Notes under the pieces: model-generated
What the model was told of the DNA's origin: nothing
The model's input: only the letters and a program-made list of their open reading frames with translations
Database searches by the model: none
Shown: positions 50,201-62,200 of the stretch, one piece after another
Layout: every line of letters starts with the position of its first letter
How positions within the stretch are numbered: position 1 is the stretch's first letter
Made by a program: the position numbers and the translations under genes
Assembly (NCBI GenBank): GCA_022841915.1
Contig: JALHQN010000022.1
Span: 1,115-65,114, forward strand
From: Burkholderiales bacterium
Lineage (GTDB): Bacteria > Pseudomonadota > Gammaproteobacteria > Burkholderiales > WYBJ01
Reading direction: 5' to 3'
DNA length: 64,000 nt

Positions 50201-53200
50201 CAACCAGCAGGCGCTCATCGGCGACGGGGCGCGCATTCTGTCGGCGGCGTCGATAAGCGTGGCCGCGGTCAGCAACCGCAACCTGGACATCGATACCGAC
50301 CAGATCACCGCAGGTGCCGGCGCGATCGGCGCTTCCTTCACTCGCCTGGATACCGATGGCTCGACGAGCGCTACCGTCGGCAACAACGTCGAGGTCGGCC
50401 AAGGTACGGGCACGGTGGGCAGCCTCGCGGTGACTGCCGATTCGAACGTGACGGCGCATGCACAAACCCTGGGGCTGGCCGCAGGCGGCATCGCGGTCAG
50501 CGTCAACTTCGCCTTCGTCGATGTCACACCCCTGGTGCGTGCGCAAATCGGCACCGGCGGCGCGATCGATGTGACCGGTGCAGTCACCGTGCGCGCGGTT
50601 GCGACCGATGACGCCGAGGCCCGCGTGCTGACCGGTTCATTCGGCGCTGGCGCCGTCGGGGCGTCCGTCGCCCGTGCCAACCTGTCGCCCGACGTCGAGG
50701 CGATCGTGGGCGCCGGCACGGCGGTCGTTGCAGGCGGCTTGATTCGCGTGCAGTCGCGCCACAATCACACGGGCACAGCGGCGAGTGCCGGCAAGGGGGC
50801 CCTCGCGATCGCCGATGCGCCCAGCGTCGGGTTGGCCGGTGCAGGCAGCGGTACGGTTCCCACGGCGCTCGCTAACGCCGACGCGACCGCGCGCGTGGGC
50901 TCGGGGGCCGTGCTGACGTCCACCAGCGGCGCAGTCGAAGTCACCGCCTACAACAGCAACGACGCGAGCGCCGAATCCGTGTCTTTGGCGCTCTCGCTCG
51001 GCGCCGCCTTCGGCGTGAACGTCGCCACAGCGCAAGCCAACGGCGCCACCACCGCGGACATGCAGGGCGGGGTCGGCGACGGCACTTCGCTGTTGGTGCG
51101 CGCAAGCGCATTGAACGATGCCGATGCGCAAGCCGATTCGGCCACCACCGGCATCGTCACGGGCAACGGCGCGGTCGCCACGGCGCGGGCGAACGGCAAC
51201 GTCACGGCGTCGGTCGGTGCCGGCGCCGGCGGCAGCATCGATGTCGACGGCAACGTGACGATCGAGGCGATTTCCGACGCGCGTGCCGATGCCGAGACCT
51301 TCGGTGCCTCCTTCAGCGGTCTCGCCGCCCTCGGGGTCATGGTCGCGGACGCCGAGGTGACGCCCGATGTCACCGCGCGGATCACCGGTCCGATGAGTAT
51401 CGACGCAGGCGGTGCAATCAGCATCGTGGCCTTGCATAACGCCGGCGGCGGCACCGCCGCGCGTGCCGATGCTGATTCGCCCAGCGGCGGCCTCGGCGGC
51501 GCGATCAACGGTGTGATCGTCGATGCGGTGGCGGCTGCCGACACGCTCGCCCAGGTGGGCGACGGTGCGACGCTCACGGCGGGTGGCACGATCAACGTCA
51601 GCGCAACAGGCAGCAACCGCATCGTCGCCTTCGGCGACGCCGACACGTTCGGCACCCTGTTCGGCGTCGGTGCCCTGGTCATTACGGGTGAAGCCTCCGG
51701 CAGCACGCGAGCTCTGATGGACGGCGATATCGTGAGCGGATCCGCGCTTATCATCAGCGCGGCGGGGCAAGCGCGTGCTCCGGTCGTCGCCGAAGCAAGC
51801 GCCGGCAGCCTCGGCATCGCGGCCAACGCCACCGTGGCGACGGCGACGAGCAACGCGCGTGTCGATGCCGGCATTGCCGGCGCGGCCCAGGTCAACGTCA
51901 CCGGCAATGTCTCGATCAGTGCGGTGGACGACAGCGACGTCTCGGCCGAGGCTTACGGCACGTCCTTCGGGCTGGTCGGAGACTTCGGTGTCGGCTTGGC
52001 CAATGCCACCAACAACGCGCAAGTCGACGTGCGCATCGGCGCCGGTGCGCGCGTCGATGCGGGTGGCGACATCAGCGTGCGCGGGCGGCACAATGCCACC
52101 ACCGCGGGTAATCCTCTCTCGGCGGGCACCGATCCTCAGGGGGATGCGGATCTGCAAGGCGCGCGCGCGGTGAGCTACGCTCCGGGTGGCTCGCTCGGTG
52201 TCTCCGGCAAGTTCGTCTTCGCCAAGGCGATCGCCAGCGCCGATGTGGACGTGCATGTGGATGGCGGCGCCACCCTGTATTCGGACGGCGACATCGTCGT
52301 CGAGGCCCTGTCCGTGGATGCGGCGAAGGCGCGGCCGCTGGGCGCGTCCTGGGGCTTGCTTGCCGGTTTCGGGGCGACCCGAGCCGAAGCGATCGCCGAC
52401 GGCAGCAGCCAGGCGCGCATGAATGGCTCGGTGGGCGACGCGCTCACCAGCGGCGCTGCGACGCTGACCGTCACCGCGCGCGGCCACGCGCTCGCCGATG
52501 CCAAGGGCAAGGCACTTGCCGGTGGCATACTAGGTGCCGGTTCCGCAGCCACCGCAATCGCCACCTCCGATGGCACGGTCAATGCCATGCTGGGCGGAAA
52601 CCAGACGGTGCGCGTGAGCGGCAACATTGCGATCACGGCGCATTCGATCGGCGACGCTGACGCCGTGGCGACCGGCTCCTCGCTGGGCAGCATCGCAGCC
52701 GGCGGTTCGGCGTCGGACGCTGTGCTCACGCCTACGGTCGGCGCCATCATCGGCAGCAACGCCCATGTCCGGTCGGTCGCCGGTCACGTCCTGGTGAGCG
52801 CGAACCACAATCGCGGTTTGAACGACGGATTCGGCGCGCGTGCCTATTCGAGCGCATCGTCCGGGGGCTTGCTTTCCGGCAGCGGCGCCGATGCCGAAGC
52901 GACGATCACACTCGACATGGACGCGACGGTCGGCGATGGTTCGACGATCAGCGCCGGCGACTACGTGCGCCTCGAGGCGATCGCCGACAACTTCGCCGAT
53001 GCGCAAGGCAGCGGCACCGCGATCGGTCTGGGCAGCGTCGGTGTGAGCGTCGCGCGGGCCAATATCGCGGGCAGCGCGCTGACTGCCGTCGGCGCGGCAC
53101 AGATCGGCGCGGGCACGGATCTGGTCGTCTATACGCAGGTGGGCGGCAGGGCCGACGCCGAGGCCGACGCGGCAAGCGGCGGCATCCTCGGTGGCGGGCA

Positions 53201-56200
53201 GTTCAATCGCGCTGCAGCCACCTACAGCCCCACGCTCGGGGCTCAGGTGAATAACGGCGCGGCGGTCTCGGTGGGCCGGGACGTACTCCTGACGACCTCG
53301 TCGACCGGCGATGCCCATGCCGATGCGGATGGCATTACCGTCCAGCTCGCAGGCTTGTCGATGGGCATCTCCTTGGCCGATGCACGGGTACGCCCGGTCA
53401 TGGACACCTGGATCGGCGCGGCCAGCGCCACGGCGGGGCGCAACATCATCGTGTCCGCGCGCCACAATGCCGACCAGACCGGGGCCATCGCCGGATTGGG
53501 TGCCCATGCCGAGGCGAATGCGTCTGGCGGCGGCCTGCTCTCCGGCAACGGTGCGGTGGTCACGGCGACCGCCACGGCCGACATGGAGACGCGAGTCGGT
53601 GGTGCAGGCTCGACGATCTCCGCTGGCGGCGACCTGGTGATCGAAAGTCGCGCCGGCAACCAGGCACAGGCAACGGGCGAGGGGTTGAGCATCAGCGTCA
53701 TCGGCGTGGGCATCATCCTGTCGGACGCGATTGCCGGCGGCACCTTCGTCAGCACCGCCAACAACACGTTCAACGCCGATCCGCTTTCGGCAGCGGTCGT
53801 CGCCGGGACGACGGTCGCCGCGAGGAATGTGCGCATCGAGGCGATCGGCGAGAACGCTGCGCGCAGCGACACGGTGGCTCCCAGCGTCGGCCTCGCGATC
53901 TCGGGCACCGGCACGGACTCGAACGCGATTTCGACTCAGAACGTCTCGGCGTCCGTCGGCGGCAACGTCACGACCTCCGGCGACATTCGCGTCACTGCGT
54001 TCAACGACGGCGAAGCCTATGCCGATGCCGAGGGCACGAACTTCGCCGGCCTGGCTGCAATCGGGCGTACCGTGGCGAACGCCCGTGTCTCGCCCAACGT
54101 CAGCGCAACCGTGGCAGCGGGCGCGGTACTCGATGCCGACGGGATCGTCAGGCTCGAGGCCACGCATACCACCGACGATGGTGCGGAGGCGGCAGGCGAG
54201 TCGGTCAGCGGCGCTCTGGGCGTCGCGGGTTCGGGCACCCTGCCGACCGCGCGTTCGAACGCGCGCGTCGACGCGTCGTTGGGTGGCGGGTCGCGCGTGC
54301 ACGGCGGCAGCGGCGTGGAGCTCATCGCTCAGACGGCTGATCGCGCCATCACCCGTTCCAACGGGCTGACGGTCGGCCTGATCGCCGGCATCGGCATCTC
54401 CGATGCCACCTCGACCAGTGCCGGTCATGTCACCGCCTCGACCGGCTCGGTCACGATCACGGGCTCTGGGTTCACGCTCACCGCCACGGCATCGCAGCGG
54501 GCGGATGCCGAAGCCGAAGCTTCGGGCGGCGGCTTGCTCGCCGGCGCCAACGCCTCCATGGCCGAGGCGAACGTCAACCCGACCGTGCGAGCCGAGATCG
54601 GCGTCGGCGCGAATATCGACGTCGCCCAGAACGTGCTGGTGCAATCCAACGCCTTCGTGGAAGGCGACGCCGATGCCGAGGGCATCACCCTGGCGCTCGG
54701 CGTGAGCGGCGGCGCCTCGGATGCGGAAGTCAACGAAACCTCCAACATCGCGGCTGTCGTCGGCGACAACGCCCAGGTGCGGGCGGGCGGCACGGTCGAG
54801 ATTCGCGCGCGCCGCAACGGCGATATCCAGATCTACGACGGCAAGTTCGACGCCGCCACCTCGGTCAGTACCGCGAACGACTGGATCGACCTGCCGGGCG
54901 CGCATGGCTTGGAACTGGGTGATCGCGTGCTTTACTTCAGCGGTGGCGCTTTCACCGGAAATATCGCGGAGTTCATCGCCGGGAGCGGTGATGCGATCGG
55001 CGGGCTGCGCAATCTGCAAACCTACGCGGTGATCCCCGTGACCGAGGTGGCCGGTCAGCCGCGCAACGACGTGGTGCGCCTGGGGGCGGTCTTCACCAGC
55101 CGCGAGGTCGATGCCGACGGTGATGTGGTGCGTTTCGCCAGCCCCCACGGTCTGACGACCGGGCAGCGGGTTACCTACGGCTACGAAGGGGCAGGGGGGG
55201 CGATCGGCGGCTTGACGCCGAATGCGCCCTATTACGCCCATGTCATCGACAGCAAGACGGTGAAGCTGTACGCGAGCGCTTCGCAGGCGACTGCTCCCAG
55301 CGCGTCGGTGTTCACGGCGTTCTCCGACAGTTCGACCGAAACGTTCAACACGCTGGTGCCGCACGGATTCACGCAGAACCAGGCCATTACCTATATCGCA
55401 CCGCCGGCCAAGGAGTTCGGCGCCGCGTCCGTCTCGGCCGACGACGACACCGTTTCGATCCGCGGGCATGGCTACTCGGGCGGCGAGGAGGTCACCTATT
55501 ACGTCAACCCGGGCAATCCGGTCCTGCCGGGCTTGACCAACCGCACAACTTATTTCGTGATTCGTGTCGACGAGGACCGGATCGCGTTCGCGGAAAGCGG
55601 CTTCGACGCCTTCTTCGGGATTGCGGTGGATCTGGGGGCGGCCTCCGGCACCACCTCGCACTACATCGCCGCGGCCGGGGAGATTCCTATCCTCGGGCTC
55701 ACGCCGCTTCGCACCTACTACGCCGATGTGGTCGACGCGACGCAGTTGCGATTGTTGGCGAGCCCGGGCGGCAGCGTCGTGCCCGTCGACTTCGCCGGAG
55801 CGGGCGGCGCACAGAACTTGCGCGCCGCGGGCGTCGCGCTCGCCAATGCCGATGGCCTGGGCCAGCCGATACCGGGTCAGCACTACTTCTACTACGACCT
55901 CACCTCAGTGGGCGTGGGCACGCAGATCCTGATCGGCGCCGGTGGCGTCGACGGTTTCTCCGGGCAGTCGGGCAGCAACGGCATCTCGCGCGCGTATGCG
56001 ACGGGGACGGCCGGAGCGCTACTCGCGGGCTTCGAGTTCACCTCCGGTGTGACGGTGATCAACCCGACGGTCGAGGCTCTTGTCGGCAGCAACGCGCAGA
56101 TCCACGCCGGCACCGATTTCGTATTGACGGCGGCGTCCGGCGTCGCGGGCGGCGGCCAGGCGCGCACCACCGCAGGCGGCCTCATCTCCTACGGGGATGC

Positions 56201-59200
56201 CGACCCCGAAGTTCACATCACGCAGCACTTGTCGGCGCGTTTGAATGCCGGCGCCGATGTGGTGGCGGGGCGCAATGCGACGATCGCGACCGACGCCGAT
56301 CTTTATGCCGACCTCAACGCCTACTCGATCGGGGGCGGCGCGATCTCTGCGGCCGACGGCGACGCGGACGCGATCATCCACTACAGCACGCTGACCGAGA
56401 TCGGCGCCGGCGCCACGCTCTACGCGGGCGGGACGCTCGACCTGCTTGCGAACACACGCCTCGACGGCAAAGTGCAGGCCTATAGCGGCAGCGGCGGGCT
56501 GGCCATTCGTCCGGACACCGATGCGAACTATCGCGTCGGGAGCACCGCGAACTCGCAGCCCACCCGCGTCGCGATAGGCGAGAACGCGCAGGTCTTCGCC
56601 TATGACGACGCCACGCTGCGGGCGGAGACCGGCGGCGGCTACATCGAGGTTCGAGGCGAGGCAGAAGCCTGGGGCCTGCTCGCCGACACCAATGCCGACA
56701 ACGGCATCTTCCTGCACACGCGCTCGGCGGTGGATGTCGCGACCGGCGCGATCGTCACCGGCCTGGAGTCGCTCGACGTGCAGGCCTTGCAGCGGCGCGT
56801 GAACACCTACGTCGAGGCGATCGCCGACGGCAAGGCGCTGTCGGATTCGGACGCGCATGCCTACTTCACGGCCAATCATCAAGCGGCGATCAACGGCGCG
56901 GCGGGTGCGACTTTCGCATCGAACGCTCTGACCGTCGGTGCCTATGCCGATCAGCCCGGGCGCGGGTACCGCTGGTACTACTTTGGCGCCTGGCCGTTCT
57001 CCGGCGGGGATTACCATGCCGCGGGCAGCCCGCAGCGGACGATCGTGTTCGATGCCGATGTCACCCTGCTCTCGGGCAAGGCCGAGCTGGTGGTCGATGC
57101 GAACGGCATCATCGCCAGCGCGACCAACGTCAGCGTCAACGGCGGCCAGACGAGCGGCGCGGTGGCCGGCGAGATTTCGGTCGATGGCATCTTCAACGAC
57201 AGTCCCGGCCACGCGCTGTTCGAGGTCAACGCGCTCGATCAGTTCAACCCCGGCACCATTCAGGGCACGCAAGGCACGTTCACCGTGCGCCACACGTTCG
57301 AGAAGGTCGACATCGTCAATCACTCGGGTCAGGACATGAGGATCAACAACCTCGATCCGATCGACCGCGACGGGGTGCCGTTCGCCGATGTCGACATCAA
57401 CGTCGACCAGAACGGGCTGCAGTTCGCGATCGCGCACGATTTTGGTCCGACCGACATCACCATCGTCAATACGCATGCGACGGCGGCGCCGGACATCACG
57501 TTGAACGGCTTGATCGACAACCCGCTCGGTCTGACGATCATCGCCAACGCCAGCGGCGGCATACTGTCCGCCGGCCCGCAGCAGATCCTGCGCAGCAATC
57601 GCACGGAACTCGAGGCGAACGCGGGCACCATCGGCGCCTCTTCCGTGCTAAGCGACCGCCCCATCAACGTCGAGATGGTGGCCTCTCCGGGGCGTCCGAC
57701 CGACCTCGATGCCGATGCCGGCGACGATCTGGTCTTGTCGCTGCGAGGTCTGCAGCGCGATCCCGCAGCCGGCGCCTTCACCGTGCAGATCGGCACGCTG
57801 GAGGCGGGCGACGATGTGGACGTTCGCCTGCAGCAGGCCTACTTGCAGACGGCCGTGGCGGGCGCCTTCAGCTACGGTCTCACGGTCGACACGCTGGCGC
57901 CCAGCCTCGGCATCGATCCGCCGCCGGCCGACTACATCGAGCACTATCCCAGCGGCGGTGTCACGCCGGTGGTCAATCTGCCGGTCGGAACGTTCGGCAG
58001 CGGCGCGACGGCGGTGGCGGTCACCTACGACTTCGACATGCTGCGCGCAGGCAACGATATCGATGTGAACGGCAATCTTTCCGGACCGCTGATCCACGTC
58101 GTCGGCACGACCGATATTCTCGGTCAGGGCGAGATCGACGCGCGCGTCAACGGCGACATCACGCTGCACGAGATTCATGGCGACATGCGCATCGGCAGCA
58201 TCGCATCGACGCTCAACGACGTGGTGTTGTCGGCTCATCACGGTATCGTCGACGCACACGGGGATGCGGCCGCCGATGTCACCGGCAATCACATCGATCT
58301 CACCGCGGGGACGGTGATCGGCAGTTTCCTGAACGACGTCGAAATAGACAGCGCGCATTCGGCCGCAGGTGATGTGATCGCTCGCGCGGCCGGCGACATC
58401 TATCTCACCGAGACGACCGGCGCGCTCGTGGTCGAGGACGTGCATTCGAGCGTCATCGGTCACGTACGTCTGACCACCGTCGACTCGCAGGCGACCGGGG
58501 AGAGCATCTTCGTCGGCGACACGCGCACGGTGCGGGCGGCCGGCGGGTCGGTCACTTTGCAGGCGGGCGATGACATCGTCGTCGGTGGCACCGTAAGCGC
58601 ATCGGCGCGGCTGTTCCTCGCGGCCGATTGGCGCAATGCCGATCCTGGCGTCGGTGCAGTGATCGCGCTCACCGGCACCGTCACCGGCATGACGCCCGAA
58701 CTCTACGGCGGCGACGACGACGACATCATCGATGCGCGCGTGATCGGCACCGGTGTCACGGTGTACGGTCGCGGCGGTAACGATGTCATCGACGGCACGG
58801 CGTTCGACGACCGCCTGTACGGCGAGGGCGGGCGCGATACACTGCGCGGCCATGACGGGAACGATCTGCTCGTGGCCGGTTTCGGTATCGGTGACGTGTT
58901 GCTGGGAGGCGAGGGCGACGATCTGATCTACGGTTCCGACGAAGGCGCCGAAACCGATCCGAACTTCTTCGACGCCACGCCGCATGGCGACGTGATCGAC
59001 GGCGGCCCCGGCAATGACATCATCTTCGGTCTTGGCGGCGCGGACTTCATCCGGGGCGGCGACGGGGACGATTTCATCGACGGCGGTGCGGGCGATGACC
59101 TGATACTCGGCGATGCCGGGGCGGATGTGCTCTACGGCAATCTCGGCAACGACACCATCTACGGACACGATATCGACGGCGCCAGCGACGACGGTGCGCC

Positions 59201-62200
59201 CGACTCGATCTACGGCGAGTGGGGCGACGACGTCCTGCATGGCGGCGCAGGCGACGATCTCATCGAGGGCGGATTCGGCAACGATCGCCTTTATGGCGGT
59301 GCGGGGGACGACCGACTCGATGCCGGTTATGGCACCAGCCAGATCCTGGATGGCGGAGCCGGGGACGACATTCTGATCGGCTCCGACGACGGCAGCGACA
59401 CGATGGACGGGGGCGCCGGGCGCGACCGACTCTATGGTCTCGCGGGCAACGACTTCCTGCGCGGAGGCGATGGCGACGACATCATCGAGGGCGGTGATGG
59501 CGACGATGTGCTTTGGGGGCAGGCGGGCTCGGACGTACTTCTCGGGGGCCTCGGCAACGACATCCTCTACGGCCATGCCGAGAACGGCAGCGGCGATGAC
59601 AACGCGGTCGATTATCTCTACGGCGATCTGGGCACCAACGGGTTCGAGGCGGGCTCTGGCGCCGATCGGCTCTACGGCAACGGTGGCAACGATCTGCTTT
59701 TCGGCGAGGGCGGCGATGACTTGATCGAGGGAGTGGCTGGATTTTCCTCGGCCGAACTCTCCGGCGGGATCGCGAACCTGATCGATTTCGGCGAGGCGGG
59801 CGACACGGCCTCGTTCGTGATGCCGGCAGCAACGCCGGCACCTGCGATGGTGCCCGTCGACTACACGAACCTGCGGGCGGCAGCGGAACTGCCCTCCGGG
59901 ACCGCGCACGCCGGCCGCTGGGCCGATCTCGGCGGATCGGCGGTCGCGGGCGGTCTGTCGGGCAACAGCGGTCTGTCCTTCGCCCCGGCGGTCGCCCATG
60001 GTCCCGGCGGCGCGGTCGTCGTCTGGTCGGACAGCCGCAACGGCAATCTCGATATTCATGCAGCCCGGCGAACCCCGGTCGCTTGGGAAGAGCTAGGCGG
60101 CAGCAGCACGGGCGGCGGCATCAGCGGGAACCCTGCGCCCGCGTACGCACCGAGCGTGGCCATCGGCGGCGACGGCACGATCTATGTGGCGTGGACGCAA
60201 GCCCATGCCGGCGGGCGCGACATCCATGTGGCGCGCTTCGATGAAAGCGCCCACGGCGGCGCGGGCGCTTGGGTGGCGCTCGGCAGTTCGCTGACAGGCG
60301 GCGGCATCTCAGGCACGGGAGCCGCGACCGACGCGAAGATTCTCGCGACCGGCGCCGGGCCGGTCGTGGCCTGGTTGGATGCGTCCAGCGGTACCTCGCA
60401 AGTCTATGTGAAGCGCTTCGATGGCGTGGCCTGGCAGGCGCTCGGCGCGGGGTCGGCAAGCGGCACCGGGGTATCGGCGCACTCGGCCGGCGGCATCGTC
60501 GGCGATCTCGCCGCGACCACCGACGGCACGCGCGTCGCGGTGGCCTGGGCGGTCGAAAACGCGACCGGTGTGCGCCACATCTTCTTGTCCGAGTATGCGG
60601 CGGGTGTATGGGCTGGTCGGGGCGGCTCGGCGACGGGCTCCGGGGTCAGCGGCGCGGTCGATGCCGCTGTCGAGGGCAGCTTGAGCTTCGGCGCACAGCC
60701 TACGCTCGCCTATCACGGCGGCGATCTCTTCGTCGCCTGGCAGGCGCATTCGGATCAGGGCGCGGCGATCGTGGCGGTTCAATACCAAGGCAGCACCGCG
60801 ACGACCCGTCTGGTGCACGGCGTGCCCGATCGGCCGGCCCAGCCGGTGCTGACGACCGGGGGCGGCGATCTGCAGTTGCTGTGGGTGCGCACACCGCTGG
60901 TCGCGGGACCGGCCAATCTGTATGCGCTTGCCTGGAACGGCAGCAGCTTCGTCGAGGAATTGCCGGACGAAGCGTCGCCCCGAGGCATCAGCCCGACCAG
61001 CGAGGCGGTGCAGTCGCTCGCGGCGGCGACGGATGCGAGCGGCCGCGTGCTGGTCGTCTGGCAGGACGTGATCCCCGGCCGCCCTGAAATCTACGCGCGC
61101 GGCGAGAGCAGCGAAGTCGGCACGGTGTATCGCGCGCGCGGTGTTTCGGTGCAGTCCATTCTCGACAGCAACAATCTGGGCGCCGGCGATGTGATCGTGG
61201 TCGAAGGCGTGCATGCCGGGTTCACCATTGCAGGGCAAGATGCCGGCGTATTGATCTACGGTGCGCCGGGCGCCACGGTGCAGGGGGATATCGTCGTCGA
61301 GTCAGGCGCCTCCGGGGTGACCTTGCAACGGTTGACCATTGCCGGGCGCGTGGATGTGCGCGGAGCGAACAACTTCGGACTCACGCAGTCCACCGTCAAC
61401 GGCGGCGTGAGTCTCGAGGGCGGCAGCGCGGCGAGCATCTCGTACAACACCATCGCAGGGACGGGCACGGCCCTGGCCCTTACCGGCGCGGTCAGCGGTG
61501 CGGTGATCGAGCGCAATACCATCGACGGCACGAGCACGGGCGTGAACGTGGCTGCCAGCCTGCTCGCACCAGGCGTGGGGCCCTCGGCATTGCGCCTCGC
61601 TCACAACGATATTCGCGGCGCAGCCACCGGTTTGCGTATCGCCGTCGCCTCGTCGGGCAGCATTGAAGCGAACGACATTTCCTCGGCGGGCGTCGTGCTG
61701 AATCTGGATGCCGTTTTCAACGGCGGCATCGTCGATAACACGATGCACGGCGGCGCGGTCGGTGTACGTTACGCCGCCGGCAACGCGCTCGCGGGCAATC
61801 GAATCTTCGGCAATGCCACGGGCGTGCAGCATCTTGTCACCGAGCAGACGCAAGGGCTCGGCTTCGTCAGCACCGGGCTCGCGCCTGGCGTGCAGCCCCG
61901 CAACGAGATCTACGCCAACAGCACGGTCGGCGTAGCGCTCTCGGGCCGCATGCAGAACCAGATCGTGCGCAACAACCCGATCGGCGTGAACGGCTCGGGT
62001 ACGCTCGGCGGGGCGGCTCTCGAGTTCGCCAACGACATCGATGCCAATGGCGTGGGCGTCTCAGGCTTCACCGGCACGATCCAGTTCAACCGGTTCGGCG
62101 CCAATGCCACGGCGATCGCCGCCACGTCCGAGCAGCGCATCCTGCACAACGTCTTCTATCGCAACAGCGCGCATGGCGTGTTGGTGAGCGGGCGCAACGA

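Noticed and set aside
41900-54830. Possible CRISPR array or DNA tandem-repeat array, suggested by strong periodicity.
   Set aside because: The periodicity is at protein level (55-60 aa and about 380 aa units). I found no identical short direct repeats separated by unique spacers, and the region is one continuous coding frame.
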